The position numbers and the translations under genes were made by a program. A stretch of 64,000 bases of DNA from Desulfosudaceae bacterium (lineage in GTDB: Bacteria; Desulfobacterota; Desulfobacteria; Desulfobacterales; Desulfosudaceae): the NCBI GenBank assembly GCA_963674745.2, contig CAXXDV010000001.1:1120001-1184000 (forward strand), given 5' to 3'. The notes beneath the pieces are model-generated. The model was not told where the DNA came from. It made no database searches and saw nothing but the letters and a program-made list of their open reading frames with translations. Positions 38,519 through 48,607 of this stretch are shown here, in pieces; the stretch's first letter is position 1, and the number at the start of each line of letters is the position of its first letter.

Positions 38519-39838
38519 TTACAACTCCGTCTCAGGATGAAAGACGTTGACACCCTTAAGGTCGTCATGCAGATATTCCCGCTCATTGGGACCCAAAATG
38601 CCCAAAGATAGCGCGATCAGTGTCCATAAATGTACCACGCCGTAATGGGCGCCGTAATGCTCGCTGAGCTCATGGATCTGGGCATGGCAGTTATGACAGG
38701 CCGCAATGCAGTAATCGGCGCCGGTGCGCTGAACCTGTTCGTCTTTGATCCGACCGTATTCAAGCCGCTGTTCCTTGAATCCGGACTGCAAAAACCCGCC
38801 GCCGCCGCCGCAGCAGAAATTATTGGATTTGTTGGGCGTCATATCAATAAAATTTTCTTCACCCACCACGGACTTGACCACAAACCGAAGGTCATCAGCC
38901 ACCGCATCACCAAAGCTTTTGCGAACAATCTGGCAGGGGTCCTGGACCGTGAACTTGACTTTCAAGTCCTTGTTCCAGTCGGAGTTGACCTTGAGCTTGC
39001 CCTCCCGAATCCATTTGGCGTAATACTCATAAATGCTCTTTATTTCCAGGTTGGTGTCAATGTTGAATTTTTTCTGTCCGGCCCGGACAGAGAAAGTGAC
39101 GTGCCCTCACTCGGTATTGAGATACGTCTTACATCCAAGCTTCTGGGCATGCTCCAGAGACGAGCGGGTAATATGCTCCCAACCGCTGTCATCAGCCAGA
39201 AACATACAATAGTTTTCACCGCCCCAACCGATGCTGCCGTAAGTCCAGTCAACACCGGCAAGGTGAAGAATTTTCCACAGCGGCACCAGTTCATCCGGCT
39301 CCGTGACCGGCTCTCTGGAGTTCTGGTTCAAAAAGAACTCAGCACCCTCTTTATCGATCGGCGCTTCCATATCCTTGAATTCCGGCTGTTCCTCCCGGTA
39401 CTGTTCCAGCACGTCCTCGACCACAAACTCAAAATCCTCACTGGTCGCGCCCATGGCACTGCAGCCTTCGGTTTTCAACGCCATATCACAGGAGCCGAGG
39501 ATGCCCTTGGGTCGTTCTTCTCTGGGTCGCTCAGCCCGCACGTTATAGACCAGTTGGGGAATATTGATTTCCATGGGGCAAACGTAAACACATCGCTGGC
39601 ACATGCTGCACATCCAGGGCCAGTTGGACTGTCGGATCTCTTCGTCCATTCCCAGGGCAGCCATGCGTAAAAATTTCCGGGGATCCATCCCGTCCAGTCC
39701 GGTTGCCGGACAACCGGAGGCGCAGGCACCGCAGGTCAGACACAGGTTAAGGTTTCCGCCTTCAGGCAGCAGCTCCTTGACCTTGTCCATCAACGAACTT
39801 TCTTTCTTTTTTCCAAGCTTTATTGCTTCTTCCGCCAT
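38519..39838 (-). CDS. HdrD/GlpC-like (Fe-S, CCG-domain) oxidoreductase, probable selenoprotein (in-frame TGA 39109-39107)
   Basis: Two 4Fe-4S motifs; YLNTE-TGA-GHVTFSVRAGQKKF... continues in frame to KVKFTVQDPC and CCGGGGG, ACHNC; 439 aa read-through. Confidence 0.88.
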
Positions 39839-39983
39839 CTCTTCAAATCCTCCGTTTTTTCTGTATTTACCCGTAAAAAACTGTGGCTGTTAACCAGCCA
39901 TATATTTTAAAACACACAAATTAATATTTTTATCATATCCGGAAACAGGATACAATCTTTTTTTAATGTTCGGAAATTCTGGG

Positions 39984-41234
39984 CTAAACGATAAACCGTG
40001 TGGCCATGTCCCGGGAGGCTCTGGTGGATTCGCGCATCTTTTTGGCACAACCGCTGACTTCCTGGCTTTTGCTGGCGATACTGCTGGCAGAATGATCTAC
40101 AGCGGCTATATCCTTGGCGATTTCAGCAGCTACCATCGAGGATTGGGCGATGTTTTCATTTACTTCGCCAATACCGCTGGCCGCTTTGGCGACGTTGCTG
40201 GCAATTTCCTTGGTAGTGGTCGTCTGCTGCTCAACCGCGGTTGCGATAGTGGCCACCATTTCGTTAACTTCATGAATAATACCGGTAATTTGATTGATTT
40301 CAGTAATGGTGCCCGCGGTAGAATGCTGGATCCCTTCTATTTTCTGCTTGATTTCCATGGTCGCCTCAGAGGTGGCTGCCGCCAACTCCTTGATTTCATT
40401 GGCGACCACAGCAAAGCCTTTGCCGTATTCACCGGCCCGGGCGGCCTCGATAGTGGCGTTCAATGCCAGCAGGTTGGTCTGATCCGAAATTTCCGCTATG
40501 GTTTCAAGAACTTCTTCAATTTCCCGGGCCGCTCTGCCGAGCTGCTCAACCTGATCCGAGGCCTTTTTGGCCTGAGAAACAGCGCTCTCTGTAATTGTGC
40601 TGGCGTTTTCAGAGTTTTTTGCCACCTCGGTAATCGTGGCCGTCATTTCTTCGGTTGCGGAGGCGACTGTTTTCACATTCGATGCGGCATTATCCATGGT
40701 TTCCGAAACCGATTCCATGTTGGCGTTCATCTCTTCGGCCGCTCCGGCTACGGCATTGGTTCTCATCCGGTTGTTGTCAATCAGCTTTATCATGGACTCG
40801 GTTATCTCGATCAACTCCTCAGCGGACTCGTCGACAATGGTGGATTGATCACGGGTGGTGGCCATGATGAGCTGCATTTTCTTCATGAATTTGTTAAACC
40901 ATTTGGCCAGTTCTCCTTTTTCATCATGCACATATTCGGTATCGCTCCGCTCAGACTCTTTTACCCGAGCCGTCAGATCACTTTTTTCCTCAAACAAATC
41001 AACTGAAATCTGTTTGCCGATTTCAATGATCTCTTTGACCGGTGCGAGCACGCCCCCGAGGAGAAACCACAGGGCCAGACAAAGAAAGGCGACCATTATG
41101 ATGCCCAGTATCCAGAAAGCAATAATGGAGTCGCGAACAGTCGACATCAACAACAGCATCACCACCGCTATCGTTACAATCGAAAACAGCAGCTTCTGTC
41201 TGACACCGGCTCGTTTGATCTTTTCGGAAAGCAT
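39984..41234 (-). CDS. Methyl-accepting chemotaxis protein
   Basis: Two TMs, [41 protein letters not shown]. Confidence 0.95.
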   Translation of the reverse strand: MLSEKIKRAGVRQKLLFSIVTIAVVMLLLMSTVRDSIIAFWILGIIMVAFLCLALWFLLGGVLAPVKEIIEIGKQISVDLFEEKSDLTARVKESERSDTEYVHDEKGELAKWFNKFMKKMQLIMATTRDQSTIVDESAEELIEITESMIKLIDNNRMRTNAVAGAAEEMNANMESVSETMDNAASNVKTVASATEEMTATITEVAKNSENASTITESAVSQAKKASDQVEQLGRAAREIEEVLETIAEISDQTNLLALNATIEAARAGEYGKGFAVVANEIKELAAATSEATMEIKQKIEGIQHSTAGTITEINQITGIIHEVNEMVATIATAVEQQTTTTKEIASNVAKAASGIGEVNENIAQSSMVAAEIAKDIAAVDHSASSIASKSQEVSGCAKKMRESTRASRDMATRFIV

Positions 41235-41362
41235 ATCCGCCTCTTGTTAAATTGATACCGATAAAAACGTCAGCACCATACCCGTCTTTTTATGGTGACA
41301 ATATTCAATAACCCTCAACATGTCAAGTGTTTGCTGCCTGTTGAAAAGCGGCTGAGGTTTTT

Positions 41363-43060
41363 TCATATGCGGCCTTTTCTGAGGATACCGATTAACAGCC
41401 ACACACCCATAATAGCCGCACCGGCAAACCCGATAATGCCGAACAGGGAAATGCCGAAAACCAGCGGGGGGACCTTGGTCGTAACAATCATGGCCGATCC
41501 GATCAGCAAGGCCGCAATAATAATGGAAAACGAGAGCCGGTTGCTGACCCGGTCGTGGGTGTTCATGAGCTTTTCAAGTCCTTTATGCTCAACATTGATG
41601 GTGATTTTTCCTTCTTTGAGGCGCCGGGAAATATCCAGCAGATCGTCCGGAAACTGCCGGGTAAAATGATGCAGGCCCCCGACTGTTCCGGCTATCTCCT
41701 CAACCACGCGACGGGGCATGTATCTGGCCAGCATGACCTTGCGGGCAAACGGCGTGGCATGAAGAATAACATCAAAATCCGGGTCCATCTGCCTGGCTAT
41801 ATTTTCAATGGTGCCCAGCGCTTTCATCATCAGAAACATATTGGGCGGTAACCGCAGACGATGTGTGGTCAACATGATCAGCAGGTGCTGCAGCAGCTTG
41901 CCGATTTCTATCTCTTTTATCGGTTTATAAAAATGCTGGCCGATAAATTCGCCCAGATCCCGTTCCAGGGCAACAGCGTCGGGCTCTCTATCCCAGATGG
42001 CGATTTGAAGCAGCACACGGGTGGCTTTGGGAATTTTTTGTCGCACCAGGCCGTCCAGAAGATCAACAAACAGCTCCCGGTGTTTCAAATCGACATGCCC
42101 CACCATGCCATAGTCAATCGGACAAATAATATTACCGGGAAGAATAAAAAGGTTTCCCGGATGCGGATCGGCATGAAAAAAACCGTTAATAAAGACCTGT
42201 TTCATGGTCAGATCCGTACCCCGTTTGGTAATGAGTTTCTTGTCATATCCTTCGGCTTCAAGTCGCGGAAGGTCAGAAATCTTGATGCCGTCAATGTATT
42301 CCAGTGTCAACACCCGTGATGTGGTGTACCGGCGGAAGACGTCCGGCACGTAAATGGTATCATCACCCGCGAAGAGCCGGGCAAACCGCTCCACGTTAGA
42401 CGCTTCAAAAGTGAAGTCCATTTCATGTTCCAGCACCCGGGCGAACTCTTCCACGATTTTGGTCGGTCTGTGGGGCGCGAATTCTTCGACATTACGTTCC
42501 AGAACCCCGGCCAGGTAAAGCATAATCTCCAGGTCCACTTCGATGGTTTTTTTGATACCCGGACGCTGCACTTTCACCGCTACGGTTTGTCCGCTATGCA
42601 GTCGGGCCTTGTATACCTGGGCGATTGAAGCCGACGCAATCGGCCGGGATTCCATTGTCTGGAACTGTTGGGCAAGCGGCGTTTCAAACTCCTGGGATAT
42701 CAACGCCTCTATGGCCTCAAAGGAACAGGGGGGAACATTGTCCTGAAGCTGGGCCAGCTCATTGACAATATCAATGGGAATCAGTCCCGGCTGAGAAGAA
42801 AGCACCTGCCCGAGCTTGATAAAGGTCGGTCCGAGCTCTTCAAAGGCCATACGAACACGCTCGGCCCGGGAAAGCCGGGTCGTATGTTCCCGCTGTTTTC
42901 TGGAAATCATCTGCAGACCGGTCTCAATATACTGCTCGATCTTCAACAGATCTACAAATTCACCCAATCCATACTTGAAAAAAATCGTCAGTATCTGACG
43001 ATAACGCGTCAAGTGCCGATAGGTTCTGCCGATAATTCCAATTTGTCTTATACTGAACAT
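41363..43060 (-). CDS. UbiB/AarF/ABC1 family kinase
   Basis: LGPTFIKLGQ, ASASIAQVY, VAVKVQRP, FFHADPHPGN, DYGMVG. Confidence 0.93.
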   Translation of the reverse strand: MFSIRQIGIIGRTYRHLTRYRQILTIFFKYGLGEFVDLLKIEQYIETGLQMISRKQREHTTRLSRAERVRMAFEELGPTFIKLGQVLSSQPGLIPIDIVNELAQLQDNVPPCSFEAIEALISQEFETPLAQQFQTMESRPIASASIAQVYKARLHSGQTVAVKVQRPGIKKTIEVDLEIMLYLAGVLERNVEEFAPHRPTKIVEEFARVLEHEMDFTFEASNVERFARLFAGDDTIYVPDVFRRYTTSRVLTLEYIDGIKISDLPRLEAEGYDKKLITKRGTDLTMKQVFINGFFHADPHPGNLFILPGNIICPIDYGMVGHVDLKHRELFVDLLDGLVRQKIPKATRVLLQIAIWDREPDAVALERDLGEFIGQHFYKPIKEIEIGKLLQHLLIMLTTHRLRLPPNMFLMMKALGTIENIARQMDPDFDVILHATPFARKVMLARYMPRRVVEEIAGTVGGLHHFTRQFPDDLLDISRRLKEGKITINVEHKGLEKLMNTHDRVSNRLSFSIIIAALLIGSAMIVTTKVPPLVFGISLFGIIGFAGAAIMGVWLLIGILRKGRI

Positions 43061-43107
43061 CCGATGTTCCGCCGGGTTTTGTCTTTAGGGCCCCTTTATC
43101 GCAACCG

Positions 43108-43407
43108 CTATTCCGAAGCGGAGGTTTTTTTGACCTTTTTGATCTCTTCTTTGATCTCTTCCAATTCGTCCCTGGTGGCCAGGCTTGAGCGGGCAAGAAC
43201 CTCTTTTACGGTTTTTTCAACTTTTTCTTCCAGTTTTTCCCGGGATTCATCATACCGTTTCATAAAATCATTAATGAATTTTTTGCCTTCGTTTTCAGAC
43301 AATTCTGCTTTCTTTGCAAAATCCCTGGCCATTTCTTCGACTTCATCCTTGGTTTTCAGCACCATTCCAATACTTGCAAATACCATTTTTTTTACCAGAT
43401 CGATCAT
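43108..43407 (-). CDS. Phasin-like (polyhydroxyalkanoate granule-associated) small protein
   Basis: Helical, KKMVFASIG..ELSENEGK..LATRDE; usual partner upstream of AarF kinases. Confidence 0.7.
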   Translation of the reverse strand: MIDLVKKMVFASIGMVLKTKDEVEEMARDFAKKAELSENEGKKFINDFMKRYDESREKLEEKVEKTVKEVLARSSLATRDELEEIKEEIKKVKKTSASE

Positions 43408-43452
43408 CGTACATCTCCTTTACTGTTAATTTAGAACGCGGCCGGCAACAGC

Positions 43453-46400
43453 CTACCCGGCCAACGTCACCGCGTTTCTCCCCTTTTCTTTTGATCTATA
43501 CAAAGCGTCATCGGCCTGTTTGATCAGTGTTTTCCTGTCTTTGGCGTGAAGCGGGAAACCGGCCACACCGGCGCTGATGGTAACATGAAGCTTGGCCTGT
43601 CCGGAATAGCTGACGGTCATTTCGTCTATTTTTTTTCGCAGGTGCTTGGCCAGAATCATGGCAGATTCCGGATCGGTTTCGTGCAACAGCAGAATCATCT
43701 CTTCACCACCATATCTGGCCACGATATCCGACCCCCGGCAGTTGCTTTTGATCGTGTTGGCGACTTCTTTAAGCACCAGGTCGCCGGCCTGATGCCCCCA
43801 CTTGTCATTAAAATTTTTAAAATGATCAATATCAATCATAATGAGCGACAAGTCCCGACCTTTTCGTTTTGCCAGAAGCAGTTCCTGCTGCAGCGTGTTC
43901 TGAAAATAGTCATGGTTGTACAAGCCGGTCAAGCCGTCCGTAACCGCTTTACGGGAAAGCTCCAGTCTGCCGGCTGCCGCCAGAGATATAATCTCCAGGG
44001 TTTCAATTCGCTCCTGAGTAAAGGCGTGGGTGGTCAGGTTGTTTTCAAAATACAACACCCCGATCAAGACCGATGCCTCATCCGTATTCATCAGAACCGG
44101 CATACAAAGCAACGATTTCACGCCCATACTCTTAATATAGGCCTCTGATTGAAGCGCGGGCAATGTTTCATGTGGGATCTGGGCATTATGCACCACCACA
44201 CTTTTCAATGTCCGGGCAACATAGTTAAGGGTTACCTGAGAAAGGGTGTCCTTCCGGGTGACGGGTATGGATTTCATAATTTCGGCGTCTTTTTCATCAA
44301 CCGTCCACTCCGCTTCTATAAACAACCCGGCACACACGTCCTCGTCTTCGATATCCGCCTGTTCATCAATATTCTCTTTTTTGCGCAGAATCAACAGCCC
44401 TTTCTGCGCCCCGGCAAACTCCACCGAAGACTGGATAATTTTTTCCAGCATGCGGGTATGAATTTTTTCTTCGGCAATGGTTTTCAATGCTTTGCGAAGC
44501 ATGGACAGGTCGATGACCGAGCCGGTCATGGTGCTGGATTGTTCGCCGGTATGGGCGCGAACCTGGAGCGTTGTCGTTGCCTCAGGATAGAGTTGGTTCA
44601 GGCGCTTGACTTTGGCCTCCGCGCCCCAGCGGTGATAAGCCTTTCTGGCTTCCGAAATATACGCCCGCCCGATTTCCTCATAACCTGCCGAAAAATAATA
44701 ATCCGCCGCCAGTTCTCCGACGATGCCCACGTTATGAAGATAATTGTTCTGCCTGGCCAGAACCAGGGCCGAATGATAAAGCGTGGTGAGCGTTTTTTTC
44801 TGTTTTATCCTGTCCAGCTCGGCTTGCAACAGACAATGCTTATGAGCAAAATTTTCAGGACAGCCCCTGGCCCATTTCCCATATTTTCTCAAGGTCCGGC
44901 CGATGATTTTGACGAGCAACCGCTTATCGGCTGTGTCCTGTTCATGATAAAGCCTGGCGGCAGAAAGCCCCCAGTAAAAATAGTGTTCCGCCACATACAT
45001 GGTGCCCATGGCATGATCAACGATCTTGTCCGCCTTAACCGCCAGGTCAAAGCAGGCCTGAAAATTGCCCAGCAGGAACATGATCATTTCTCTTTTGGCA
45101 TAATGAATGAACATGCCCAGCTGCAGGTTTTCGTCCTCTATGGCTTTAAGACGTGTCTCGCGGTCATCCCATTTTGTCTGGAGGGTTTCTTCGTCTTCGC
45201 CGCCTTTGAGTTGAGAAACAATTTCAAAGGTGTCCAGATAGTTGTTCAAAATGAAGGGGGAATCGAGCCGTCTTAAAAACGCACTGCGGCCTTTATGGTC
45301 TTCAAGCACGGCATCCAGGGGGAATCCCGTAAACAAACGATAAGCCGCTGCTACATTAATGCTGTGCCCGGTAAAAAGGATGTCGCCGGTTTCCATGCCG
45401 TGCTTATAGGCCAGGGACAGGTACTGCATACATTCCCGGGCGGGTTCCCGCCAGGGCAGAATAAAATAGGCGTAAATAAAATAGGACCTTGAAAACGATT
45501 TTAAATCACTAAACCGCTCCATGACCTTAAGGCCGACCTTTCCCAGACGGTTACCGTAATCGTAGAAGCCCAGCCGTGACCCCATGATCAACCCCACGGC
45601 GATCATGCCGTAAGCGGCCAGCGTCGGAAGCCCGCGCTTCAGGGACAGGACAACCCCCCGGCTTATGATAACGGCAAACAGGTTGGGGTTGATATAGTAT
45701 GCCGGCGCACCGACCATTGACAGCAGTGTCATAATGGCGTTATCGGTCGGGTCCGTCAATTCCGGCAAATCAGCCAGATCTTCGACTTTGGTGGTTCCCT
45801 GTGCCAGCCTTACGCGAATAATGCTGATGAGCACCCTTAATTTCCCCGGCTTTTTCGGGAGACGGACACCCAGCAGGGATAAAGCCCGCAGCCCGATGGC
45901 CAGGGCTTTGTCGGGCTTGTCAATGGCCGTGTACAGTGTCACCATCAGGGAATAAACCTCAGCCCGCTCAATATTGCCGGCGGCATGATCCAGCATATCA
46001 TCAAAAACCCGTTCGGCACCGTCTATGTCTCCGGTCAAAAAACGGCTTTCACCCAAAAAAAACGACAACCGCCAGCACAGATCATAATCATCCGTCCAGG
46101 CGTTGTCCGGCAGACAGGCGGCCGACAGCGAAAAGAACTTTTCCGCTGAATCATAGGCGGCGGCGCTCCTGGCCTTTTCTCCGGCCATCATGTCCAACCG
46201 GACGAGTTCCAGCTTACTGTCCTCATCGGTTATGACCGGCGCGGCGATGTTCAGGTGCCGGACAATATGAAAAACATTCTCCTGCAGGCCGCCCTCACTG
46301 AGCCGGGCCCGATCCAGCAATATTTGCCCGATTTTCCGGTGAATATCGGGCTTTTCCTGTTCGGAAACAAGAGAATAAGCCGCATCGCGGATCTTTTCGT

Positions 46401-48396
46401 GCTGAAATCGGTAACCATCGCCGTCTTCCCGGATAAGATCCTCGAACAAGGCCACGGTAATATCATCCAGAAGCGATTCAAAAGGCCTGTCCAGGATCTG
46501 ACCGGCAAGTTCCAGATCAAACCGGGTACCGACACAGGCACATATTAAAATTGTCTCCCGCGCATGATCATCCAGAAGGGTGATCTTTTCCGCCATCAGA
46601 TCAACCACATTGTCCGTAATGTCCCGCTGCGCGATTTTTTCATCATCCCATCGCCAGCTGCCATCTTCGTTGGGCTGAAGCAGTTTCGTTTTATATATCA
46701 TGCCCAGAAACTGATTGACGAAAAACGGTGTACCATTGGTTTTTTTATGAACCAGTTCCGCCAATGGCCGGGAATCACTCCGGCTGACTTTCAAAGTGGC
46801 GGCGATGAGGGTGTTGACATGATAGTTGTCAAGCGGCGTTAACACCAGCGTTTCCACACTTTCGCCGTTTTCCGATATGACTTTCAAGGCCTGGCGCAAC
46901 CGGGAGAAATCGGTCGCGTCCCGCCGGTAGGTGGCGACTAAAAACAGGTAACCGAGATCCGTTTCGCCGACTAAAAAATTCAGCAAATCCAGGCTGGCGG
47001 CATCGGCATGGTGGAGATCATCCAGCAAAAGGGTCAGGGGGTGGCTTTTTCGGGCAAACACCCGAATAAAATTTTTAACCGCAAAATTAAACCGGTTTCT
47101 CGCTTCTTCAGCGTCCAGGTCGGCCAGTTCCGGCTGCTTGCCGATCAATATCTCGAGTTCCGGAAGCATATCCGTCAACAGCTTGCCGTTTTTCCCCAGC
47201 GCCGAAAGCAGGTTGGTTTTCCAGGCTGCAAGTCTTTCGCCGGATTCCGCCAAAAGCAGGTTAAGCAGCTCCTGAAAGGCAAAAATGAAACCACTGTAGG
47301 GAACAGAAAAGTTCTGCTTTTCAAACCGGCCTAACGCCACAAAGCCGCTCCGTGTTTCCAAATGTTTTCGGTTTTCATTGATAAAATCGGTTTTCCCCGT
47401 CCCCGCGTCTCCCGAAACAAACAGGACCTTGCTTTCACCTGCTTCCACACACCGATAAGCCGCCCGGAGCTGTTCTGTTTCTGTCTCTCTGCCGATGAGT
47501 TTTTGCGGAATCTTCAGTGTCGAGCCGACATCTCTGGCAGCGATATCAAACCGTTCAATACTGCCCCGTTGCTTAAGCTGATCCAGGCATTTTTGAAGAT
47601 CAACCATCAGGCCCAAACCGCTCTTATAACGATCGGCAGAGTCCTTGGCCATTAGTTTCATAACGATATCCGAAAGCACCGGCGGCAAAGACGAATTCAA
47701 CTCAGAGGGTGGTACCGGCCTCCTGGCCATATGGGCATGAAAATACTCAACCGGATCGGTTAAATCATCAAACGGCAGGCGCTGGGTCAGCATCTCGTAA
47801 AAGGTGACGCCCAGGGAATAAAGATCTGTTTCATAACTGATCGACCGGTTCATCCGGCCGGTCTGTTCCGGCGCCATATAAGCCAGCGTGCCATCAACCA
47901 GAGCGGCCTGGCTTATCTTATCTCTGGCATGGGTCAGTTCCGTGGAAATACCGAAGTCAGTGAGTTTAATGGCTTTTGTGTCCTGGTTGAACAGAATATT
48001 ATGGGGCTTGAGATCTTTGTGAATAATGTTTCTTTTGTGAAGCTTGTCCAGAACCCTGGCAATGGTTATGCCGATATTGAGAAACGTTTCCAGTTCGAGG
48101 GGGGCCTGGTTTATCGACCGGTCCAGGGAAACACCGTTAAAATCCTCAAGAACCAGCGCGAACTTTCCTTCGGCCGCCAGCACATCAAAGACCTTGATAA
48201 CCGCTTCATCATCAATGTTGCGAATCAGTTCATACTCTCTGTTGAAGCGAGCAATCTCTGAAGGAGACGGGCTGTCCGTGTTCAGCATCTTGACAATAAC
48301 CGGCTGACCACTTTCTTCATTGGTGGCACGATAAACCACAGAGGTCATGGTTTCATCGATTTTTTCCGTCAGCCTGTATCCGCAGAAGGTTTCCAT
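43453..48396 (-). CDS. Ser/Thr kinase - AAA/STAND ATPase - GAF - GGDEF diguanylate cyclase
   Basis: HKDLKPHN, DFG, APEQTGRMNR; GDAGTGKT, LDDLH; GAF (SLLCMP..LYFEN); DIDHFK.FND..GH, RYGGEEM; start METFCGY at 48396. Confidence 0.9.
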   Translation of the reverse strand: METFCGYRLTEKIDETMTSVVYRATNEESGQPVIVKMLNTDSPSPSEIARFNREYELIRNIDDEAVIKVFDVLAAEGKFALVLEDFNGVSLDRSINQAPLELETFLNIGITIARVLDKLHKRNIIHKDLKPHNILFNQDTKAIKLTDFGISTELTHARDKISQAALVDGTLAYMAPEQTGRMNRSISYETDLYSLGVTFYEMLTQRLPFDDLTDPVEYFHAHMARRPVPPSELNSSLPPVLSDIVMKLMAKDSADRYKSGLGLMVDLQKCLDQLKQRGSIERFDIAARDVGSTLKIPQKLIGRETETEQLRAAYRCVEAGESKVLFVSGDAGTGKTDFINENRKHLETRSGFVALGRFEKQNFSVPYSGFIFAFQELLNLLLAESGERLAAWKTNLLSALGKNGKLLTDMLPELEILIGKQPELADLDAEEARNRFNFAVKNFIRVFARKSHPLTLLLDDLHHADAASLDLLNFLVGETDLGYLFLVATYRRDATDFSRLRQALKVISENGESVETLVLTPLDNYHVNTLIAATLKVSRSDSRPLAELVHKKTNGTPFFVNQFLGMIYKTKLLQPNEDGSWRWDDEKIAQRDITDNVVDLMAEKITLLDDHARETILICACVGTRFDLELAGQILDRPFESLLDDITVALFEDLIREDGDGYRFQHEKIRDAAYSLVSEQEKPDIHRKIGQILLDRARLSEGGLQENVFHIVRHLNIAAPVITDEDSKLELVRLDMMAGEKARSAAAYDSAEKFFSLSAACLPDNAWTDDYDLCWRLSFFLGESRFLTGDIDGAERVFDDMLDHAAGNIERAEVYSLMVTLYTAIDKPDKALAIGLRALSLLGVRLPKKPGKLRVLISIIRVRLAQGTTKVEDLADLPELTDPTDNAIMTLLSMVGAPAYYINPNLFAVIISRGVVLSLKRGLPTLAAYGMIAVGLIMGSRLGFYDYGNRLGKVGLKVMERFSDLKSFSRSYFIYAYFILPWREPARECMQYLSLAYKHGMETGDILFTGHSINVAAAYRLFTGFPLDAVLEDHKGRSAFLRRLDSPFILNNYLDTFEIVSQLKGGEDEETLQTKWDDRETRLKAIEDENLQLGMFIHYAKREMIMFLLGNFQACFDLAVKADKIVDHAMGTMYVAEHYFYWGLSAARLYHEQDTADKRLLVKIIGRTLRKYGKWARGCPENFAHKHCLLQAELDRIKQKKTLTTLYHSALVLARQNNYLHNVGIVGELAADYYFSAGYEEIGRAYISEARKAYHRWGAEAKVKRLNQLYPEATTTLQVRAHTGEQSSTMTGSVIDLSMLRKALKTIAEEKIHTRMLEKIIQSSVEFAGAQKGLLILRKKENIDEQADIEDEDVCAGLFIEAEWTVDEKDAEIMKSIPVTRKDTLSQVTLNYVARTLKSVVVHNAQIPHETLPALQSEAYIKSMGVKSLLCMPVLMNTDEASVLIGVLYFENNLTTHAFTQERIETLEIISLAAAGRLELSRKAVTDGLTGLYNHDYFQNTLQQELLLAKRKGRDLSLIMIDIDHFKNFNDKWGHQAGDLVLKEVANTIKSNCRGSDIVARYGGEEMILLLHETDPESAMILAKHLRKKIDEMTVSYSGQAKLHVTISAGVAGFPLHAKDRKTLIKQADDALYRSKEKGRNAVTLAG

Positions 48397-48607
48397 TCCG
48401 GTAATAATTAACCCGTGTGTCCCATACGTTGATTGCGATCGTAAATGCCAGAACACAAAAATTATAAATAATTTCCGGCTATTTGCCAAGACATTTTTAC
48501 GGCCCCACACCCTTGCTTGAATCTACCGGCTTATTTGTTGCCTCTTTACGGTTGCTGCCATATAATTCATCCTGAATCAAACACCGATACAATGAAGGAG
48601 GACATTT

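Noticed and set aside
38630..41006. Long plus-strand ORFs 38630-39670 and 39966-41006 (346 aa each)
   Set aside because: Antisense shadows of the Fe-S oxidoreductase and MCP genes; no recognisable motifs
43546..45276. Plus-strand ORFs of 200 and 375 aa
   Set aside because: Antisense to the kinase-GGDEF gene; no motifs
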